The notes beneath the pieces are model-generated. The model saw nothing but the letters and a program-made list of their open reading frames with translations, ran no database searches and was not told the DNA's origin. Shown here piece after piece: positions 38,221-48,103 of a DNA stretch of 64,000 nucleotides. Within the stretch, counting starts at the first letter, position 1. Each line of letters starts with the position of its first letter. The position numbers and the translations under genes were made by a program. The stretch is from an uncultured Marinoscillum sp. (GTDB lineage: Bacteria; Bacteroidota; Bacteroidia; Cytophagales; MED-G16): positions 4,476 to 68,475 of the forward strand of contig CAYXSW010000004.1 in the NCBI GenBank assembly GCA_964467915.1, read 5' to 3'.

Positions 38221-40650
38221 ATGAAAAATAAGATTTTATTTATATTTCTTACTGTTTTAACATCCTCAATAATTTTTATTTTAAATAATGAAATTTCAAA
38301 GGTACCCCCTCTCGGGAAAATCTTAAATCCATATAATGGATTTTGGAAAAATTCTGAAATTGATCAAAGAAAAGTATTTGAAAAAATAAGTTTAAATAAT
38401 CTTAAAGATTCTGTTATTGTTCAATATGATAGTATGTTAATACCACATATCTACACCAATAATGATGAGGATTTATTTTATACTCAAGGATACCTTACGG
38501 CTTTACATAGATTATGGCAAATGGAATTTCAAATTAAAGCTGCATCGGGCGAATTATCTGAGATAATTGGGCCAAGAGCATTGAAAAGAGACAGAGAACA
38601 AAGAAGAAAGGGAATTACTTATGCAGCGAATAGAACTTTAAATAAATCAATTTCTGACTCAAAAACATATAAACTTTTATCTTCATATGTAGAAGGAATA
38701 AATGATTATATAAAAACCCTTAACTACGAAAATTACCCAATAGAATATAAACTCCTAAACTATAAGCCAGAAAAATGGACCCTATTAAAAACATTTTTAC
38801 TTATGGAGTCAATGTCTGATATGTTATCAAGTAGAGATATGGATATGGAAGATACTTACTTGTTAAATATCTTAGGTGAAGAAAAGTATAATTTACTATT
38901 TCCAGAGTATGACAGTAAAATAAAACCAATTATACCTTCAGGAACCAAATTCAATTATACTATCTCAAAAATAGATACCCCCAAAAATAAATTTTTAAAA
39001 AATAATTCTACTACTACAATTTCAAAACATGATAAAGACAACGGTAGTAATAATTTTGCCATTTCATCAGAAAAAAGTAAGGATGGTAGTTCTTTTCTTG
39101 CTAGTCAACCCGATCTTTCACTTAATCTTCCATCAATATGGTACATTATTCATCTTAACTCTCCAAATTACAACACAATGGGAGCCTCATTACCCGGCGC
39201 TCCAGGGGTAATTATAGGTTTTAATGAACATGTTGCTTGGGGGGAGACAAATGCTACAAGAGATGTAGTTGATTGGTATAAAGTAGAATTTAAAGATCAT
39301 TCTCGATCTGAGTATAGATATGGAGATAAATTGTTAAAAACAGAAAAAATTATAGAAGAAATTAAAATTAAAGGCGAAAAATCTTTTTACGACACAATTG
39401 TTTATACTCATTATGGGCCAATAGTATACGATGAAAATTTTAATTCAAATAAAGAAAAAGGGAATTTTGCAATGAGATGGATTGCTCATGATGAATCAGT
39501 AGAGTATAAAACATTCCTTTTATTAAATAAAGCTAAAAATATTTTTGATATTGAGAATGCACTTGAATTCTTTCACGGACCTGCTCAAAATTTTGCTTAT
39601 GCAACAAAGCAAGGTGATATAGGCATAACAATAGCAGGAAAATTTCCCGTAAAGTGGGAAGGTCAAGGTAAATTTGTGTTGGATGGTTCTAACCCAGATC
39701 ATGAATGGAATGGGTACATACCCTATAACCATTCTCTTTCTTTGAGAAATCCTGAAAGTGGTTACGTAAGTTCAGCTAATCAACACCCTGTTGACAAATC
39801 TTATCCGTATTATTATTATAGTGATAATTATGAGATGTACAGAGGAAGAAGACTTAACGAAAGACTTGAATCATTAGATTTAGTTTCTTTTGAAGATATT
39901 AAAAAAATTCAGAATGATAATTTTAGTTATAAAGCATTTGAAGCCTTACCCATAATTTTACCTATGGTTGATACATTAAAATTAAATAATGAAGAAAAAA
40001 TATATTATAACTCAATAAGAGATTGGGATTATTTTTCTAATCCTAATATATCTGGTCCACCTCTGTTTGTTACTTGGTGGAGAAAAATTCGTCAAAAGTT
40101 ATGGGATGAGTTTGATACAATGCAGTACTCTTATAGAAAACCAAATTCATTTGTCACCACTCAAATAATTAAAAAAAATAGAAATTTTGAGTTTTATGAT
40201 AATATATCTACTCCGAAAAAAGAAACTATTGAGAATATAATAAATGAATCATTTTTAGAAGCCACTGAATCATTAAATAATTGGAAAGAAAAAAATAACA
40301 AAAAAGATATTTTATGGAAAGATTTTAAGAACACATCTATTAATCACCTTCTAAATATTAAGAGCTTCAGTAAAGACAATGTGGAAGTTGGGGGATATAG
40401 TAATATTTTAAACGCTGCTAGTAAAACACACGGTCCATCATGGAGAATGATTGTAAGATTAAATGAAAATGAGAAGACAAAAGCTTGGGGAGTTTATCCT
40501 GGTGGTCAATCTGGAAATCCTGGAAACATAAATTATTTTGGTGAAATAACAAATTGGGGTAAAGGAAACTATAAGGAATTGTTATTTAATGAATCACATT
40601 TAGATAATAAGGGTAAAGTTATGTATGAAAAAATATATTATAAACAATGA
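38221..40650 (+). CDS. Penicillin acylase family Ntn-hydrolase (possible acyl-homoserine-lactone/beta-lactam acylase)
   Basis: 809 aa with N-terminal TM/signal. The DNGSNNFAISS motif sits where the autoproteolytic Ser (G-S-N) of the beta subunit lies. QPDL..PSIWY follows. Confidence 0.8.
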   Translation: MKNKILFIFLTVLTSSIIFILNNEISKVPPLGKILNPYNGFWKNSEIDQRKVFEKISLNNLKDSVIVQYDSMLIPHIYTNNDEDLFYTQGYLTALHRLWQMEFQIKAASGELSEIIGPRALKRDREQRRKGITYAANRTLNKSISDSKTYKLLSSYVEGINDYIKTLNYENYPIEYKLLNYKPEKWTLLKTFLLMESMSDMLSSRDMDMEDTYLLNILGEEKYNLLFPEYDSKIKPIIPSGTKFNYTISKIDTPKNKFLKNNSTTTISKHDKDNGSNNFAISSEKSKDGSSFLASQPDLSLNLPSIWYIIHLNSPNYNTMGASLPGAPGVIIGFNEHVAWGETNATRDVVDWYKVEFKDHSRSEYRYGDKLLKTEKIIEEIKIKGEKSFYDTIVYTHYGPIVYDENFNSNKEKGNFAMRWIAHDESVEYKTFLLLNKAKNIFDIENALEFFHGPAQNFAYATKQGDIGITIAGKFPVKWEGQGKFVLDGSNPDHEWNGYIPYNHSLSLRNPESGYVSSANQHPVDKSYPYYYYSDNYEMYRGRRLNERLESLDLVSFEDIKKIQNDNFSYKAFEALPIILPMVDTLKLNNEEKIYYNSIRDWDYFSNPNISGPPLFVTWWRKIRQKLWDEFDTMQYSYRKPNSFVTTQIIKKNRNFEFYDNISTPKKETIENIINESFLEATESLNNWKEKNNKKDILWKDFKNTSINHLLNIKSFSKDNVEVGGYSNILNAASKTHGPSWRMIVRLNENEKTKAWGVYPGGQSGNPGNINYFGEITNWGKGNYKELLFNESHLDNKGKVMYEKIYYKQ

Positions 40651-41024
40651 ACTTTATACTTAGAATTTTAATTACTGGAATATCAACATATTACATTAGT
40701 TCATATTTTCCTTGGTGGACAATAGTTTTTGTTCCCTTTACTTTAGGGTTACTTTTTGATGACAATTACATTTCCCACTTTTTAAGTGGGTTTATCGGTG
40801 TTTCAACATCTTGGTTTTTTCTCTTGCTGAGTATAGAGTATCAGTCTGAATCAATATTATCATCAAAAATTATTGAAATATTAAATATTAGCTCTACTAA
40901 TACTCTAGTCGTTATATCAACTGTTATGGGGGGTGTTGTATCTGGCTTATCTTCGATTACAGGTTTGTCACTAATAAATATATTCAGAAAGAAAAAAAAT
41001 ATAAGAAATTACAGATTTAATTGA
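40647..41024 (+). CDS. Small hypothetical membrane protein
   Basis: 125 aa with 3-4 hydrophobic segments. ATGA overlap with the acylase stop codon. Confidence 0.45.
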   Translation: MNFILRILITGISTYYISSYFPWWTIVFVPFTLGLLFDDNYISHFLSGFIGVSTSWFFLLLSIEYQSESILSSKIIEILNISSTNTLVVISTVMGGVVSGLSSITGLSLINIFRKKKNIRNYRFN

Positions 41025-41616
41025 TAACAAAATCAATAATTTCATTATCTAAAGGATTTATATTTGATGAATATACAGCCTTCAAATTTCCAGTCTCATC
41101 AACAAGGTACTTAAAAAAATTCCATCTTGGTGATTTATCATTCCATCCGTTATCATCTACAGATGAGAGCCACTTATAGACAGGATTAGAATTTTTACCC
41201 CTAACATCTGACTTTTCAAATAACTGAAATTCTACACCATAATTAGTTTCACAAAATTCTTCTATTTGATCATTCGAACCTGGTTCTTGAAATCCAAAAT
41301 TATTAGATGGGAAAGCTAATATTGTTACCTTATCATTATATTTTTTATGTAGCTCTTGTAAGTCTTTATATTGAGATGTATAGCCACATTTTGAAGCGAC
41401 GTTTACTATTAATAGTTTTTTGCCTTTATATTTAGAAAAATCAATACTATTTCCGTCGATATCATTTGCAGATAAATTATAAAAATTGTTTTCATTGGCT
41501 ATCATATTATTATCAGGTGCCTTGTCATTAACTTTAAAAACTTTCTCTCTCAGAAAATAAATTCCACTAAAAGAGATAATCGTTGAAAGAAGTACTATAA
41601 ATAATATTTTCATCAC
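41017..41616 (-). CDS. Glutathione peroxidase (Cys-type)
   Basis: VNVASKCGYT, LAFPSNNFGFQEPG and WNFFKYLVD motifs. N-terminal TM/signal. Confidence 0.9.
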   Translation of the reverse strand: MMKILFIVLLSTIISFSGIYFLREKVFKVNDKAPDNNMIANENNFYNLSANDIDGNSIDFSKYKGKKLLIVNVASKCGYTSQYKDLQELHKKYNDKVTILAFPSNNFGFQEPGSNDQIEEFCETNYGVEFQLFEKSDVRGKNSNPVYKWLSSVDDNGWNDKSPRWNFFKYLVDETGNLKAVYSSNINPLDNEIIDFVIN

Positions 41617-43409
41617 ATTTTTTTAGGAACATCAACTCCAAGTAATTCTAATGAATTTTTAATCGTAACAGATGTCAAGTGTGATAACGCAATTTTAAAA
41701 GAAGTTGTTTCATTATTTTTTCCATCAATTATCTTCTCATCTTGATAGAAAGAGTTAAAAAGTTTAGCCAGATCATAAGTAAACTGACTAATTAATGAAG
41801 GAGAATAAGAATCTGACGAGATTTCAATAATGTTTGGAAACTGATATATATGATCAATTATTTTTTTCTGTTTGAGAGATATGTTTTCTAAATCATCAAT
41901 ATTATAATTAGCATATTCTATATTTAATGTTTTCGCTCTTCTAATTATTGAACAAATCCTAGCATAGGTATATTGAATAAACGGACCCGTATTCCCATGA
42001 AAATCAATTGATTCATCAGGATCAAATAACATCTTCTTTTTGGGATCAACTTTTAATAAATAATATTTTAAAGCACCCAATGCAATTTTATTATATAAGT
42101 CAATCAAATCATCGGAATCAAAATCATCAATTTTCCCCAATTCTTCTGTTCTAATTTTTGCTGTTTGTATCATATGGCTAATTAGATCATCTGCATCAAC
42201 CACATTCCCCTCTCTAGATTTCATCTTGCCATCAGGTAAGTCAACCATACCATAAGATAAATGATAACACTCTTTAGCCCAATCATAGCCAAGTTTTTCC
42301 AGTATTTTAAATAAGACCTTAAAATGATAATCTTGTTCATTCCCAACAGTATAAATCTGTTTCTTAATTTTTGTAAAATCTTCAAATCTCTTAATAGCAG
42401 TTCCAATGTCTTGTGTTATATAAACAGATGTTCCATCGCTTCTTAATAGTATTTTATTATCTAATTTTTCATTACTTAAGTCTACCCAAACAGAACCATC
42501 ATCTTTCTTATAAAATAAATTGTTTTTGAGGCCATTTTTAATATTTTCTTTACCTAACAAATATGTTTCAGACTCATAATAGTTTTTATCAAAATTTATC
42601 CCAATAGACTTATAAGTTGAATTAAAACCTTTATAAACCCAATTATTCATCATCTCCCATAATTTAATCGTAGGCTTATCTTTCTCTTCCCATAATCTCA
42701 AAAGATCAGTTGCACCTTTAAATAGTTGAGTCGCCCTCGAAGCCTCCTTCTCATTCTTACCACTAGAGATTAATTCTTTAATTTGTTTTTGATTCTCTTT
42801 TTCATATCTAACATAATAATCACCTACAAATTTGTCTCCTTTAATATTTGACGAGTCAGGTGTTTGCCCATCTGAAAAAAGTTTCCATGCGATCATGGAT
42901 TTACATATATGAATCCCTCTATCATTAATTATTTGAACTTTATGAACTTTTTTCCCATTCGCCTCTAAAATTCGTGACATGGAATCACCTAAAAAAATAT
43001 TTCTTAAATGACCTAAATGTAAAGGCTTATTTGTATTTGGTGATGAAAATTCAACCATAACCTCTTCCCCATCAAATTTCTTAAATCCCCATTTTTTTGA
43101 ACTAAATATACTTTTAAACAAATCTTTTAAAATACTATTAGATAAATCAAGATTGAGGAAACCTTTAACCACATTAAACTCAGAAACAATATTAGAATTT
43201 TCAACTAAATAATTCCCAATTACATTTCCAGCTTCTTCGGGTTTAGTTTTTAAATACTTAAGATGGGGAAAAATTATAAAAGTATAAAATCCAACAAAAT
43301 TTTTAGGCGTTGTGTCAATTGATATACTTTCAATATTACAATCATAATTGAAAGAATCAATTAATGCTTTTTTTATTGTCTGTTTTATCTCAAACTGAAT
43401 GTCAATCAT
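41613..43409 (-). CDS. argS: Arginine--tRNA ligase
   Basis: 598 aa. SSPNTNKPLHLGHLRN (HIGH region) and GKMKSREG. Confidence 0.95.
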   Translation of the reverse strand: MIDIQFEIKQTIKKALIDSFNYDCNIESISIDTTPKNFVGFYTFIIFPHLKYLKTKPEEAGNVIGNYLVENSNIVSEFNVVKGFLNLDLSNSILKDLFKSIFSSKKWGFKKFDGEEVMVEFSSPNTNKPLHLGHLRNIFLGDSMSRILEANGKKVHKVQIINDRGIHICKSMIAWKLFSDGQTPDSSNIKGDKFVGDYYVRYEKENQKQIKELISSGKNEKEASRATQLFKGATDLLRLWEEKDKPTIKLWEMMNNWVYKGFNSTYKSIGINFDKNYYESETYLLGKENIKNGLKNNLFYKKDDGSVWVDLSNEKLDNKILLRSDGTSVYITQDIGTAIKRFEDFTKIKKQIYTVGNEQDYHFKVLFKILEKLGYDWAKECYHLSYGMVDLPDGKMKSREGNVVDADDLISHMIQTAKIRTEELGKIDDFDSDDLIDLYNKIALGALKYYLLKVDPKKKMLFDPDESIDFHGNTGPFIQYTYARICSIIRRAKTLNIEYANYNIDDLENISLKQKKIIDHIYQFPNIIEISSDSYSPSLISQFTYDLAKLFNSFYQDEKIIDGKNNETTSFKIALSHLTSVTIKNSLELLGVDVPKKM

Positions 43410-43457
43410 GCTACAAAAATTAAATTAAATGGATTATATTCATAACAAATAATAGAT

Positions 43458-43465
43458 TAAGTTTG
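43458..43465 (+). promoter_or_regulatory. TAnnTTTG box (TAAGTTTG) upstream of the 43492 GT2 gene
   Basis: Exact motif 26 nt upstream of the ATG. Confidence 0.35.
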
Positions 43466-43491
43466 AAAATAAATATTTTATATACTCAATA

Positions 43492-44238
43492 ATGAAAGAA
43501 AAAAGTGACTCAGTTATTATTTTACCTACTTTTAATGAAATTGGTAATATTGAAATTACATTAAAAAAAATAGAAAATTTAAGTAATAAATTTGATGTAA
43601 TAGTAGTTGATGATAATTCTCCAGATGGAACAGGGTCATATGTTCAAGATGCAATAAATTCAAAAAAATTCAATATAAATATTACTCTAATAAGAAGGAA
43701 AGGTAAAGAAGGTTTAGGAACAGCATATATCAAAGGATTTAAAAAGAGCTTAGAATTAAAATACAGTTTTATTTTTCAATTAGATTGTGACGGATCTCAT
43801 GACCCAAATAAGTTAGGAGACCTACTTAATGAGTTAAGTAATAATAATATTGAAATTGTTGTTGGTTCAAGATATATTAAGGGTATCACTGTAATAAATT
43901 GGCCTCTGCCCAGACTTTTATTATCAATTTTTGCTAATTATTATGTAAAGGTAATTACTGGATTGAATGTAAATGATTCTACAGGTGGATTTAATGGATA
44001 TAGTTATAAAGCTCTAAATAGCATTATGAAAAACAATATCTATTTTAAAGGGTATGCATTTCAAATTCAAATGAAATTTATCGGATACAAATTGGGATAT
44101 AGAGTTAAAGAAATTCCTATAATTTTTAAGGATAGAGAAATTGGAGAATCAAAAATGTCTTTCAAAATTTCTGGAGAAGCTTTTCTCGGTATTATATATA
44201 TGAAGTTTGTAAGTCTTTTTACCTCATTTAAAAGCTAA
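43492..44238 (+). CDS. Polyprenol-phosphate mannosyl/glycosyltransferase (Dpm1-like GT2)
   Basis: VIILPTFNE, VVDDNSPDGTG, DCDGSHDP and DSTGGFNGY motifs. Confidence 0.8.
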   Translation: MKEKSDSVIILPTFNEIGNIEITLKKIENLSNKFDVIVVDDNSPDGTGSYVQDAINSKKFNINITLIRRKGKEGLGTAYIKGFKKSLELKYSFIFQLDCDGSHDPNKLGDLLNELSNNNIEIVVGSRYIKGITVINWPLPRLLLSIFANYYVKVITGLNVNDSTGGFNGYSYKALNSIMKNNIYFKGYAFQIQMKFIGYKLGYRVKEIPIIFKDREIGESKMSFKISGEAFLGIIYMKFVSLFTSFKS

Positions 44239-45440
44239 CTAAATTTTATAGAATTAATAACTCTAATTCTATCTATATAAATTATAGGAATACTTATAGA
44301 AATTAATATCATTAAGAACATTATTACATTGATTGTTAATACATTAATAATAGTAAAATCCATAGGCACATAATCTATATAATAGTTATCCTTATCTAAC
44401 TTAAATATCTTAAAATTATTTTGAAAATAAATTATTAAAAAAGAAAGAGCATTACCAAGAACCATACCATAAAAGGTAATTTGTATACCAACATTAAAGA
44501 ATATCTTATATATAATTTTTCTTTTGGCACCAAATGATTTTAGAGTACCAATTAAATTAGTCTTTTCAATAATTAAAATGAAAATAATTGATAGCATATT
44601 AAAGCATGCGACCAATGCTATAATTACAAAAAAGATTATAACATTTTTATCAAGTAAACTTAGCCAATCAAAAATTTGTATATATTTTGAGTTTGTTGTC
44701 TCAGCATACTCATCGTAAGAAGTATTATTTTTTATCTCATCAAGTAAAGACTTATTATGTAAGTCATTATTAACAAAAACATGAAGTCCAGACGCTTTTT
44801 GGTTATCCCACTTATAAAGTTTTCTTGATAAATCAATCCCACCAAATACCGTGATATCATCTATCTCTTCTAAACCAGTATTATAAACACCAATAACTAA
44901 TAATTTTCTAAAAACTGGTGGATCATTAGGAAAAAACAAAGTAACAGTATCATTTTGATAAACTTTTAATTTTTTGGATAAAGAATTACTTAAGATTACT
45001 GAATTATTTAAATTAAAATCTACTGAAATTTGATCTATATGGTGTTTTATATTATTTAAATATTTTTTTTCAATGCCTTTAAATATCACACCTTCAAGAA
45101 GGTTTTCTTTACCTTGAATAAGAGCTGAATTCAATACGTATGGATGAACAGAATTTATTTGTTTAATATTTTTATGATTAATATATAAACCTTCAGATAA
45201 ACTAATAGGGGAATTTTTAAAGCTTAAACCATTACTATAATTTGAAACATTGTAGTGACCTGAAAAATCATATATTTTCTTTTTAATTTCATATTTAAAG
45301 CCAGATAAAATAAATGATGAAACAAGTACTGAGAATAAACCAAAAGAAACACTTACTAAAGCAACTTTTCTGATTACTTGAGAAAAACTATTAGGTTTAT
45401 TTTTATTATTAAATTTATAAATATTATTAAAAGGTTTCAT
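44235..45440 (-). CDS. FtsX-like ABC transporter permease (LolC/E family)
   Basis: 401 aa. N-terminal TM, large periplasmic loop, and C-terminal three-TM FtsX domain (LIGTLKSFGAKRKII). Confidence 0.75.
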   Translation of the reverse strand: MKPFNNIYKFNNKNKPNSFSQVIRKVALVSVSFGLFSVLVSSFILSGFKYEIKKKIYDFSGHYNVSNYSNGLSFKNSPISLSEGLYINHKNIKQINSVHPYVLNSALIQGKENLLEGVIFKGIEKKYLNNIKHHIDQISVDFNLNNSVILSNSLSKKLKVYQNDTVTLFFPNDPPVFRKLLVIGVYNTGLEEIDDITVFGGIDLSRKLYKWDNQKASGLHVFVNNDLHNKSLLDEIKNNTSYDEYAETTNSKYIQIFDWLSLLDKNVIIFFVIIALVACFNMLSIIFILIIEKTNLIGTLKSFGAKRKIIYKIFFNVGIQITFYGMVLGNALSFLIIYFQNNFKIFKLDKDNYYIDYVPMDFTIINVLTINVIMFLMILISISIPIIYIDRIRVINSIKFS

Positions 45441-45444
45441 TTAG

Positions 45445-45452
45445 TATTTTTG
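45445..45452 (+). promoter_or_regulatory. TAnnTTTG box (TATTTTTG) upstream of the cotH-like gene
   Basis: Exact motif inside the 27-nt divergent spacer, 15 nt upstream of ATG 45468. Confidence 0.35.
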
Positions 45453-45467
45453 TCTAAATCAAACATA

Positions 45468-46892
45468 ATGGAAAGAAAAATTAAAGACATATTTTTTCTA
45501 TTTTTATTTGTAACGCTAATTATTTCATGTAATAGTATTGACCCTATTACAGATACTAATAATGAAAATAATATAAATGAAGATACAAGAGATGCTAATA
45601 ATGACAAATGTGAAGATTGTGTTTATGTTTATAATTTCGAAATTAACACACTAGGAGTAGGTCCAGAATCTGAAATTGTTGATGAGCCAAAAGTACCGGC
45701 AGCACTAAAAGTTAAAAAAGAAGATTCGATTTTTTTTGAGGGAATTATTGGAATTGAAATCAGAGGAGAGTCATCTCAGTACTTTGATAAAAAATCATAT
45801 GGAATTGAAACATGGGATGAACAGTACAATGACATTGATGTTCCATTATTAGGTTTTCCAGAAGAAGAGGATTGGATTCTTTATGGTCCATTTAGTGACA
45901 AAACACTTATAAGAAATAAGATCATATATGAGTTATCTAATTTAATGGGGTATTATGCATCAAGAACTGAATTTGTAGAACTTACAATAAACTATGAATA
46001 TAAAGGCCTATATATTTTCATGGAAAAACTAAAACGTGATAAAAACAGAATTAACATATCAAAACTAGAAGAAAATGATTTAGATGAAAATACTATTTCA
46101 GGTGGTTATATAATTAAAATAGATAAGAGTGATATGGAAGATGGGAATTACACTGATTATAACTCATTCCAATCAAATTATGATGTGTTTGGAATACTTA
46201 ATGGAGATAAAAAAATAAATTTCAATTATGAATACCCTAAACCTGGAGAGATTCATGCTGATCAAAAAAAATACATTCAAAAATATTTTAATGAATTTGA
46301 GTCTTCATTAGCATCAAATAATTTTAAAAATCCAATTGATGGTTACAGAAAATATATAAATGAAAATTCCTTTATTGACTTCTTTATCTTAAATGAGCTA
46401 TCAAATAATGTTGATGGATATAGGCTTAGTACTTATTTGTATAAGGACAGAGGAGAAAAGTTAAATATTGGTCCAATATGGGATTTTAATTTATCATTTG
46501 GGAATGCAGATTATTGTGGTGGAGAAAGATATGACTTATGGTGCTATAAATTTAACGAAAGATGTCTTGGAGATTCATGGAATGTACCATTTTGGTGGGA
46601 AAGGATACTAGAAGACGAGAGCTTTGTAATTAAATTAAAAAACAGGTGGAATGACTTAAGAACTAATATTTTGTCTGACGAAAATCTAATGGATATTATA
46701 AACACAAAATATTCACTACTTAACAACGAAACAGATGTAATTAAAAAGAATTTTGATAAATGGAGAATTTTTGGAATATACATTTGGCCAAATAGTTTTA
46801 TAGGCAATAACTATTATGAGGAAATTGAATTTTTAAAGAATTGGATAAAGTATAGAACGTCCTGGCTTGACAATGAAATTAATAATTTATGA
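45468..46892 (+). CDS. CotH-family (atypical kinase fold) lipoprotein
   Basis: ATG 45468 gives MERKIKDIFFLFLFVTLIISC (lipobox). The track's extension to 45378 overlaps the divergent gene. GPIWDFNLSFGNADYC and the overall pattern fit CotH. Confidence 0.7.
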   Translation: MERKIKDIFFLFLFVTLIISCNSIDPITDTNNENNINEDTRDANNDKCEDCVYVYNFEINTLGVGPESEIVDEPKVPAALKVKKEDSIFFEGIIGIEIRGESSQYFDKKSYGIETWDEQYNDIDVPLLGFPEEEDWILYGPFSDKTLIRNKIIYELSNLMGYYASRTEFVELTINYEYKGLYIFMEKLKRDKNRINISKLEENDLDENTISGGYIIKIDKSDMEDGNYTDYNSFQSNYDVFGILNGDKKINFNYEYPKPGEIHADQKKYIQKYFNEFESSLASNNFKNPIDGYRKYINENSFIDFFILNELSNNVDGYRLSTYLYKDRGEKLNIGPIWDFNLSFGNADYCGGERYDLWCYKFNERCLGDSWNVPFWWERILEDESFVIKLKNRWNDLRTNILSDENLMDIINTKYSLLNNETDVIKKNFDKWRIFGIYIWPNSFIGNNYYEEIEFLKNWIKYRTSWLDNEINNL

Positions 46893-46933
46893 AAATATTT
46901 AATTTTCTAAAATTTTTTTAAAAAAAATATATT

Positions 46934-48103
46934 TCACTTTTTGTTTAAAATTAGAAGATATTTAGAAATTAAGTTGTTAGTAATAACCTTATCTGAAAAC
47001 TTTTTAATTGAATATTTTCTTATCAAAAAAGGATCATATTTTTTGTAATTCTTATAAACATTTACCATTGCATTTGTCATTTCATCTACATTATTAATCT
47101 CAACAATCTGTGCAACTCTTTTATTCAAAATATCATACGAACCACTATTTGCCGTTGATATAACTACTTTTCCTAAAGATAACGATTCTGCAGAGGCAAT
47201 ACCAAAAGTTTCATAATTACTAGAAGAAACAAAAACATGAGAATTATTTATAGCTTTAATTATTTTACTTCTAGATAATGAACCCAAAAAACTCACCTTA
47301 GATTGTATATTAAGTTTTTTAGAAATATTAGCTAGTTTACCATATTCATTTCCTATACCTATAATCTTAAGAAATGAATTAGGATATATTTTATTAAAAT
47401 TATTAAAAGACCTTATTAGAAGTGAGAAATTTTTTTCTTTAATTAAATTTCCAATACCAATAAATGTAAATTGGTTTGTATTGAGCTGTTTAATTTCTTC
47501 TTGAAAAAAATTTTTTGAAACTAAATTGTGATGAGTTTTCCAGTTAGGAGAATCGTTAATTTTTTTATTTAATAATAATCCCAAATTTGAACTAACAGCT
47601 AAACATAAACTGGATTTATTACAAATTCTTGAAATATCATTTAAAAGTGAATTGTATTTTCCATAATGGAATCCAGAATTATGTTCAGTAATTAAATAGG
47701 GGATTTTATATCTATCGCTTAAATACTCTGAAATAAAACCAGAATAAACAAGAGAATGATTATGTATTAAATCAGGTAATCCATTTTTTTTGATATATTC
47801 TTTAAAACCTAAAGAAGAAATATATCTTAATAAATATATTTTATACCTTTCATTAAATGGAATCCATTTATTCCATGAACATCTAACAACATTTATATTA
47901 TTTTCAGTTTTATACTTAATTTTTGGGAAAAAAGAAGTTTTGAATGGTTTTAAATATGATATTAATTTAGAACTTAATACACCAACTTTAACACCGTATT
48001 CAGAAAGAGATTCTGCTTGTTCTCTAAAAAAACTATACTTGATATCATCAAGATTTTTAGGATAACCATAAGTAATAAATAATATATGTGGGTTTTTAGA
48101 CAT
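46934..48103 (-). CDS. Group 1 (GT4-like) glycosyltransferase
   Basis: 389 aa. C-terminal ETFGIASAESLSLGKVVIST motif of the GT-B fold. Confidence 0.75.
   Translation of the reverse strand: MSKNPHILFITYGYPKNLDDIKYSFFREQAESLSEYGVKVGVLSSKLISYLKPFKTSFFPKIKYKTENNINVVRCSWNKWIPFNERYKIYLLRYISSLGFKEYIKKNGLPDLIHNHSLVYSGFISEYLSDRYKIPYLITEHNSGFHYGKYNSLLNDISRICNKSSLCLAVSSNLGLLLNKKINDSPNWKTHHNLVSKNFFQEEIKQLNTNQFTFIGIGNLIKEKNFSLLIRSFNNFNKIYPNSFLKIIGIGNEYGKLANISKKLNIQSKVSFLGSLSRSKIIKAINNSHVFVSSSNYETFGIASAESLSLGKVVISTANSGSYDILNKRVAQIVEINNVDEMTNAMVNVYKNYKKYDPFLIRKYSIKKFSDKVITNNLISKYLLILNKK

Noticed and set aside
41017-41616. The possibility of a selenocysteine (TGA) codon at the glutathione peroxidase active site.
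   Set aside because: The ORF reads through with a Cys codon (VNVASKCGYT). There is no in-frame TGA and no need for a SECIS element.
46911-46928. An A/T-only palindrome (ATTTTTTTAAAAAAAAT) in the cotH/GT4 convergent spacer, considered as a possible terminator.
   Set aside because: It has no G/C stem and essentially no loop, so it would not form a stable hairpin. It is probably just AT-rich spacer.
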